From NCBI RefSeq assembly GCF_009914755.1, contig NC_060939.1: a stretch of 64,000 nucleotides of DNA, one strand, 5' to 3'. Of this stretch, positions 55,901-64,000 are shown piece after piece (position 1 is the first letter of the stretch; each line of letters opens with the position of its first letter). Both the position numbers and the translations under genes were made by a program. The stretch is from the human T2T-CHM13v2.0 reference genome, Homo sapiens. The notes under the pieces were generated by a model, which searched no databases, was not told the origin of the DNA, and was given only the letters and a program-made list of their open reading frames with translations.

Positions 55901-58900
55901 AACATTTGAGTCCATTCAATTCCATTCCTTTCGTTTCCATTCCATTTGATGCCATTCCATTCAATTCTGTTCTACTCGACTCCAATACATTCAATTCCAT
56001 TCCATCCGATTCCATTACATTCTTTTCATTTCTTATCCATTTCAAGCCATTCCACTCCATTCCATTCCACTCGTTTCCTTTCCATTCGAGTCCATTCCTC
56101 TCCAGTCCATTCCGTTCAATCCATTCCATTCCAGTCCATTCCATTCGAGTCCGTTCCATTCCAGTCCATTCCATTCGAGTCAATTCCATCCCATTCGATG
56201 TCTTTCCATAACGATCCATTCCATTCTATTCCTTTTGATTCCATTCCATTCTATTTCATTCCATTCGATTCCCTTCCATTGGACTCCTTTCCATTCGAGT
56301 GCATTCCATTCCGTTCCATTTCTTTCCGTTCTGTACGATTCCTACCGTTCGATTTCATTTTGTTCCAGTCCATTCCTTTCGCGTCCATTCCATTCCATTT
56401 CACTCCATTCGATTCCATTCCACTCGATTCCACTTCGTTCCATTTCATTGCATTCCATTCTATTCAACTCTATTGCCTTCCATTCCATTCCATTCGATTA
56501 CATTCCATGCGATTCCATTCGAAATCGAATCAATTACATTGCAATCCATTACTATTGAGTCCGTTTTATTCCAGTCCACTGCATTCTGGTCCATTCCATT
56601 TGATTCCATTCCATTCTATTCCATTCCATACAGTTGCATTCCATTGGATTCCATGCTATATCTATAAATTCAATTCGAGACCATTGCTTTTGAGTCCATT
56701 CTATATGATTCCATTCCATTCAAGTCCATTACATTTGGTTCAATTACATTCCATTCCATTCCCTTCCATTCCATTCCATTTGATATCAATCCATTCGATT
56801 CCATTCCATTCGAGCACATTCCATTCCACTCCATTCCATTCGATGCCATTCCATTTGATTCTATTCCATTAGTCTCCATTCAATTCCATTAATCTCCATT
56901 CCATTCCATTCTACTCCAACTGATTCCATTTCATTCTATTCCTTTCCATTCCATTTCATTCCATTCCATTCCATTCGTGTCCATTCCACTCCAGTCCATT
57001 CCATTCGTGTCCATTCCATTCCAGTCCATTCCATTTGTGTCCACTGCATTCCATTCCACTCCATTCCATATTATTCCATTACACTCCATTCCATTCTATT
57101 ACTTTCATTTCCATTCAATTCCATTCCATTTGATTCCATTCCACTCGGTTTCATTCCATTTGAGTCCACTCCATTCCATTCCATTCCATTCCATTCAGTT
57201 CCATTCCATTCTGTTCCATTCCATTCCGTTCCATTACATTCCATTCCATTCGGTACCATTCCATATTGTTCCATTCGATTCCATTCGAATCCATTCCATT
57301 CCAGTCCATTCCATTCGATTCCATTCCATTCATTTCAATTCCATTCCATTCCATTCCATTACATTCCATTTGATTCCTCTCCATTCCCTTCCACTGCATT
57401 CCGTTCGATTCCATTCCATTGCATTGCATTCCATTCCATTGGATTGCATTCCATTCCATTCCATTCCATTCGAATCAATTACATAGCAATCCATTACATT
57501 CGAGTCTATTCTCTTCCGTTCCATTCGATTTCGTTCCAATCCATTCGATTCCATTCCATTCGATTCCATTCCATACTATTGCATTCCATTCGATTAGATT
57601 ATATTCGAATAAGTTCCATTCAAGACCATTTCTTTTGAGTCCATTCTATTTGAGTCCATTCCCTTTGATTCCATAACATTTGAGTCCATTCAATTCCATT
57701 CCTTTCGTTTCCATTCCATTTGATGCCATTCCATTCAATTCTGTTCTACTCGACTCCAATACATTCAATTCCATTCCATCCGATTCCATTACATTCTTTT
57801 CATTTCTTATCCATTTCAAGCCATTCCACTCCATTCCATTCCACTCGTTTCCTTTCCATTCGAGTCCATTCCTCTCCAGTCCATTCCGTTCAATCCATTC
57901 CATTCCAGTCCATTCCATTCGAGTCCGTTCCATTCCAGTCCATTCCATTCGAGTCAATTCCATTCCATTCGATGTCTTTCCATAACGATCCATTCCATTC
58001 TATTCCTTTCGATTCCATTCCATTCTATTTCATTCCATTCGATTCCCTTCCATTGGACTCCTTTCCATTCGATTGCATTCCATTCCGTTCCATTTCTTTC
58101 CGTTCTGTACGATTCCTACCGTTCGATTTCATTTTGTTCCAGTCCATTCCTTTCGCGTCCATTCCATTCCATTTCACTCCATTCGATTCCATTCCACTCG
58201 ATTCCACTTCGTTCCATTTCATTGCATTCCATTCTATTCAACTCTATTGCCTTCCATTCCATTCCATTCGATTACATTCCATGCGATTCCATTCGAAATC
58301 GAATCAATTACATTGCAATCCATTACTATTGAGTCCGTTTTATTCCAGTCCACTGCATTCTGGTCCATTCCATTTGATTCCATTCCATTCTATTCCATTC
58401 CATACAGTTGCATTCCATTGGATTCCATGCTATATCTATAAATTCAATTCGAGACCATTGCTTTTGAGTCCATTCTATATGATTCCATTCCATTCAAGTC
58501 CATTACATTTGGTTCAATTCCATTCCATTCCATTCCCTTCCATTCCATTCCATTTGATATCAATCCATTCGATTCCATTCCATTCGAGCACATTCCATTC
58601 GAGTCCATTCCATTCGATGCCATTCCATTTGATTCTATTCCATTAGTCTCCATTCAATTCCATTAATCTCCATTCCATTCCATTCTACTCCAACTGATTC
58701 CATTCCATTCTATTCCTTTCCATTCCATTTCATTGCATTCCATTCCATTTCATTCCATTCCATTCCATTCGTGTCCATTCCACTCCAGTCCATTCCATTC
58801 GTGTCCATTCCATTCCAGTCCATTCCATTTGTGTCCACTGCATTCCATTCCACTCCATTCCATATTATTCCATTACACTCCATTCCATTCTATTACTTTC

Positions 58901-59473
58901 ATTTCCATTCAATTCCATTCCATTTGATTCCATTCCACTCGGTTTCATTCCATTTGAGTCCACTCCATTCCATTCCATTCCATTCCATTCAGTTCCATTC
59001 CATTCTGTTCCATTCCATTCCGTTCCATTACATTCCATTCCATTCGGTACCATTCCATATTGTTCCATTCGATTCCATTCGAATCCATTCCATTCCAGTC
59101 CATTCCATTCGATTCCATTCCATTCATTTCAATTCCATTCCATTCCATTCCATTACATTCCACTTGATTCCTCTCCATTCCCTTCCACTGCATTCCGTTC
59201 GATTCCATTCCATTGCATTGCATTCCATTCCATTGGATTGCATTCCTTTCGATTCCATTCCATTCGAATCAATTACATAGCAATCCATTACATTCGAGTC
59301 TATTCTCTTCCGTTCCATTCGATTTCGTTCCAATCCATTCGATTCCATTCCATTCGATTCCATTCCATACTATTGCATTCCATTCGATTAGATTATATTC
59401 GAATAAGTTCCATTCAAGACCATTTCTTTTGAGTCCATTCTATTTGAGTCCATTCCCTTTGATTCCATAACAT

Positions 59474-62400
59474 TTGAGTCCATTCAATTCCATTCCTTTC
59501 GTTTCCATTCCATTTGATGCCATTCCATTCAATTCTGTTCTACTCGACTCCAATACATTCAATTCCATTCCATCCGATTCCATTACATTCTTTTCATTTC
59601 TTATCCATTTCAAGCCATTCCACTCCATTCCATTCCACTCGTTTCCTTTCCATTCGAGTCCATTCCTCTCCAGTCCATTCCGTTCAATCCATTCCATTCC
59701 AGTCCATTCCATTCGAGTCCGTTCCATTCCAGTCCATTCCATTCGAGTCAATTCCATCCCATTCGATGTCTTTCCATAACGATCCATTCCATTCTATTCC
59801 TTTTGATTCCATTCCATTCTATTTCATTCCATTCGATTCCCTTCCATTGGACTCCTTTCCATTCGAGTGCATTCCATTCCGTTCCATTTCTTTCCGTTCT
59901 GTACGATTCCTACCGTTCGATTTCATTTTGTTCCAGTCCATTCCTTTCGCGTCCATTCCATTCCATTTCACTCCATTCGATTCCATTCCACTCGATTCCA
60001 CTTCGTTCCATTTCATTGCATTCCATTCTATTCAACTCTATTGCCTTCCATTCCATTCCATTCGATTACATTCCATGCGATTCCATTCGAAATCGAATCA
60101 ATTACATTGCAATCCATTACTATTGAGTCCGTTTTATTCCAGTCCACTGCATTCTGGTCCATTCCATTTGATTCCATTCCATTCTATTCCATTCCATACA
60201 GTTGCATTCCATTGGATTCCATGCTATATCTATAAATTCAATTCGAGACCATTGCTTTTGAGTCCATTCTATATGATTCCATTCCATTCAAGTCCATTAC
60301 ATTTGGTTCAATTCCATTCCATTCCATTCCCTTCCATTCCATTCCATTTGATATCAATCCATTCGATTCCATTCCATTCGAGCACATTCCATTCCACTCC
60401 ATTCCATTCGATGCCATTCCATTTGATTCTATTCCATTAGTCTCCATTCAATTCCATTAATCTCCATTCCATTCCATTCTACTCCAACTGATTCCATTTC
60501 ATTCTATTCCTTTCCATTCCATTTCATTCCATTCCATTCCATTCGTGTCCATTCCACTCCAGTCCATTCCATTCGTGTCCATTCCATTCCAGTCCATTCC
60601 ATTTGTGTCCACTGCATTCCATTCCACTCCATTCCATATTATTCCATTACACTCCATTCCATTCTATTACTTTCATTTCCATTCAATTCCATTCCATTTG
60701 ATTCCATTCCACTCGGTTTCATTCCATTTGAGTCCACTCCATTCCATTCCATTCCATTCCATTCAGTTCCATTCCATTCTGTTCCATTCCATTCCGTTCC
60801 ATTACATTCCATTCCATTCGGTACCATTCCATATTGTTCCATTCGATTCCATTCGAATCCATTCCATTCCAGTCCATTCCATTCGATTCCATTCCATTCA
60901 TTTCAATTCCATTCCATTCCATTCCATTCCATTCCACTTGATCCCTCTCCATTCCCTTCCACTGCATTCCGTTCGATTCCATTCCATTGCATTGCATTCC
61001 ATTCCATTGGATTGCATTCCATTCCATTCCATTCCATTCGAATCAATTACATAGCAATCCATTACATTCGAGTCTATTCTATTCCGTTCCATTCGATTTC
61101 GTTCCAATCCATTCGATTCCATTCCATTCGATTCCATTCCATACTATTGCATTCCATTCGATTAGATTATATTCGAATAAGTTCCATTCAAGACCATTTC
61201 TTTTGAGTCCATTCTATTTGAGTCCATTCCCTTTGATTCCATAACATTTGAGTCCATTCAATTCCATTCCTTTCGTTTCCATTCCATTTGATGCCATTCC
61301 ATTCAATTCTGTTCTACTCGACTCCAATACATTCAATTCCATTCCATCCGATTCCATTACATTCTTTTCATTTCTTATCCATTTCAAGCCATTCCACTCC
61401 ATTCCATTCCACTCGTTTCCTTTCCATTCGAGTCCATTCCTCTCCAGTCCATTCCGTTCAATCCATTCCATTCCAGTCCATTCCATTCGAGTCCGTTCCA
61501 TTCCAGTCCATTCCATTCGAGTCAATTCCATTCCATTCGATGTCTTTCCATAACGATCCATTCCATTCTATTCCTTTCGATTCCATTCCATTCTATTTCA
61601 TTCCATTCGATTCCCTTCCATTGGACTCCTTTCCATTCGAGTGCATTCCATTCCTTTCCATTTCTTTCCGTTCTGTACGATTCCTACCGTTCGATTTCAT
61701 TTTGTTCCAGTCCATTCCTTTCGCGTCCATTCCATTCCATTTCACTACATTCGATTCCATTCCATTCGATTCCATTCTACTCGATTCCACTTCGTTCCAT
61801 TTCATTGCATTCCATTCTATTCAACTCTATTGCCTTCCATTCCATTCCATTCGATTACATTCCATGCGATTCCATTCGAAATCGAATCAATTACATTGCA
61901 ATCCATTACTATTGAGTCCGTTTTATTCCAGTCCACTGCTTTCTGGTCCATTCCATTTGATTCCATTCCATTCTATTCCATTCCATACAGTTGCATTCCA
62001 TTGGATTCCATGCTATATCTATAAATTCAATTCGAGACCATTGCTTTTGAGTCCATTCTATATGATTCCATTCCATTCAAGTCCATTACATTTGGTTCAA
62101 TTCCATTCCATTCCATTCCCTTCCATTCCATTCCATTTGATATCAATCCATTCGATTCCATTCCATTCGAGCACATTCCATTCGAGTCCATTCCATTCGA
62201 TGCCATTCCATTTGATTCTATTCCATTAGTCTCCATTCAATTCCATTAATCTCCATTCCATTCCATTCTACTCCAACTGATTCCATTCCATTCCATTCCT
62301 TTCCATTCCATTTCATTCCATTCCATTCCATTTCATTCCATTCCATTCCATTCGTGTCCATTCCACTCCAGTCTATTCCATTCGTGTCCATTCCATTCCA

Positions 62401-64000
62401 GTCCATTCCATTTGTGTCCACTGCATTCCATTCCACTCCATTCCATATTATTCCATTACACTCCATTCCATTCTATTACTTTCATTTCCATTCAATTCCA
62501 TTCCATTTGATTCCATTCCACTCGGTTTCATTCCATTTGAGTCCACTCCATTCCATTCCATTCCATTCCATTCAGTTCCATTCCATTCTGTTCCATTCCA
62601 TTCCGTTCCATTACATTCCATTCCATTCGGTACCATTCCATATTGTTCCATTCGATTCCATTCGAATCCATTCCATTCCAGTCCATTCCATTCGATTCCA
62701 TTCCATTCATTTCAATTCCATTCCATTCCATTCCATTACATTCCACTTGATTCCTCTCCATTCCCTTCCACTGCATTCCGTTCGATTCCATTCCATTGCA
62801 TTGCATTCCATTCCATTGGATTGCATTCCTTTCGATTCCATTCCATTCGAATCAATTACATAGCAATCCATTACATTCGAGTCTATTCTCTTCCGTTCCA
62901 TTCGATTTCGTTCCAATCCATTCGATTCCATTCCATTCGATTCCATTCCATACTATTGCATTCCATTCGATTACATTATATTCGAATAAGTTCCATTCAA
63001 GACCATTTCTTTTGAGTCCATTCTATTTGAGTCCATTCCCTTTGATTCCATAACATTTGAGTCCATTCAATTCCATTCCTTTCGTTTCCATTCCATTTGA
63101 TGCCATTCCATTCAATTCTGTTCTACTCGACTCCAATACATTCAATTCCATTCCATCCGATTCCATTACATTCTTTTCATTTCTTATCCATTTCAAGCCA
63201 TTCCACTCCATTCCATTCCACTCGTTTCCTTTCCATTCGAGTCCATTCCTCTCCAGTCCATTCCGTTCAATCCATTCCATTCCAGTCCATTCCATTCGAG
63301 TCCGTTCCATTCCAGTCCATTCCATTCGAGTCAATTCCATCCCATTCGATGTCTTTCCATAACGATCCATTCCATTCTATTCCTTTTGATTCCATTCCAT
63401 TCTATTTCATTCCATTCGATTCCCTTCCATTGGACTCCTTTCCATTCGAGTGCATTCCATTCCGTTCCATTTCTTTCCGTTCTGTACGATTCCTACCGTT
63501 CGATTTCATTTTGTTCCAGTCCATTCCTTTCGCGTCCATTCCATTCCATTTCACTCCATTCGATTCCATTCCACTCGATTCCACTTCGTTCCATTTCATT
63601 GCATTCCATTCTATTCAACTCTATTGCCTTCCATTCCATTCCATTCGATTACATTCCATGCGATTCCATTCGAAATCGAATCAATTACATTGCAATCCAT
63701 TACTATTGAGTCCGTTTTATTCCAGTCCACTGCATTCTGGTCCATTCCATTTGATTCCATTCCATTCTATTCCATTCCATACAGTTGCATTCCATTGGAT
63801 TCCATGCTATATCTATAAATTCAATTCGAGACCATTGCTTTTGAGTCCATTCTATATGATTCCATTCCATTCAAGTCCATTACATTTGGTTCAATTACAT
63901 TCCATTCCATTCCCTTCCATTCCATTCCATTTGATATCAATCCATTCGATTCCATTCCATTCGAGCACATTCCATTCCACTCCATTCCATTCGATGCCAT
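59474..64000 (+). repeat. Recurrence of the 3583-bp 1774+1809 dimer, running off the window end
   Basis: Spacings are 1774 then 1809. GTCTATTCC at ~62371 matches ~37321, and CAATTACATT at ~63892 matches ~38841, so U35-U36 mirror U21-U22. Confidence 0.82.

Larger units (their letters stand above)
1..64000 (+). repeat. Satellite III (HSat3) array of diverged (CATTC)n pentamers, C-rich strand on +; probably the D15Z1 / HSat3A5-type 1.8-kb KpnI satellite of human 15p
   Basis: Continuous ATTCC pentamers with typical variants (ATTCG, AGTCC, ATTGC, ACTCC) from the first base to the last. It lacks the ATGATG-rich 23/26-bp units of HSat2. The period is 1794 bp with one GGTACC per unit (e.g. 1655, 7037, 10635). 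The family call is secure; the chromosome 15 assignment is inferred from the known 1.8-kb KpnI periodicity of D15Z1. Confidence 0.95.

Noticed and set aside
1-64000. CRISPR-like repeat/spacer array or other prokaryotic system
   Set aside because: There are no unique spacers, no constant direct repeat separated by non-repetitive DNA, and no cas or other genes. The sequence is a eukaryotic satellite.
1-64000. Inversions or inserted Alu/L1/other elements
   Set aside because: No switch to a GGAAT-rich + strand was seen, and all unit spacings fall within 1774-1809 bp, leaving no room for insertions.

Overview
The whole 64 kb window is one uninterrupted, single-orientation array of (CATTC)n/(GGAAT)n classical satellite, i.e. 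primate/human Satellite III (HSat3), with the C-rich strand on +. It is organised as about 35.7 head-to-tail copies of a ~1.8 kb unit. The canonical length is 1794 bp, with variants of 1774, 1779, 1793, 1804 and 1809 bp. Each unit checked carries one EcoRV site and one KpnI site, except that KpnI is mutated in one copy. This best fits the chromosome 15p D15Z1 (HSat3A5-type) 1.8-kb KpnI satellite; that assignment is an inference and was not aligned. I found no genes, RNA genes, transposons or CRISPR arrays, and every ORF in the track is an artefact of translating a pentamer repeat. The notable structure is nested periodicity: 5 bp, 15/20/30 bp sub-repeats, an ancient ~829 + ~965 bp dimer inside the unit, the 1.8 kb unit, a 3583 bp dimer, an 8999 bp 5-unit tandem duplication, and a 4-unit block re-copied 39,491 bp away. 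There are also chimeric units and clustered-mutation patches. I do not see support for a new gene-encoded biological system here; the findings concern satellite evolution and possible transcription-factor motif content.
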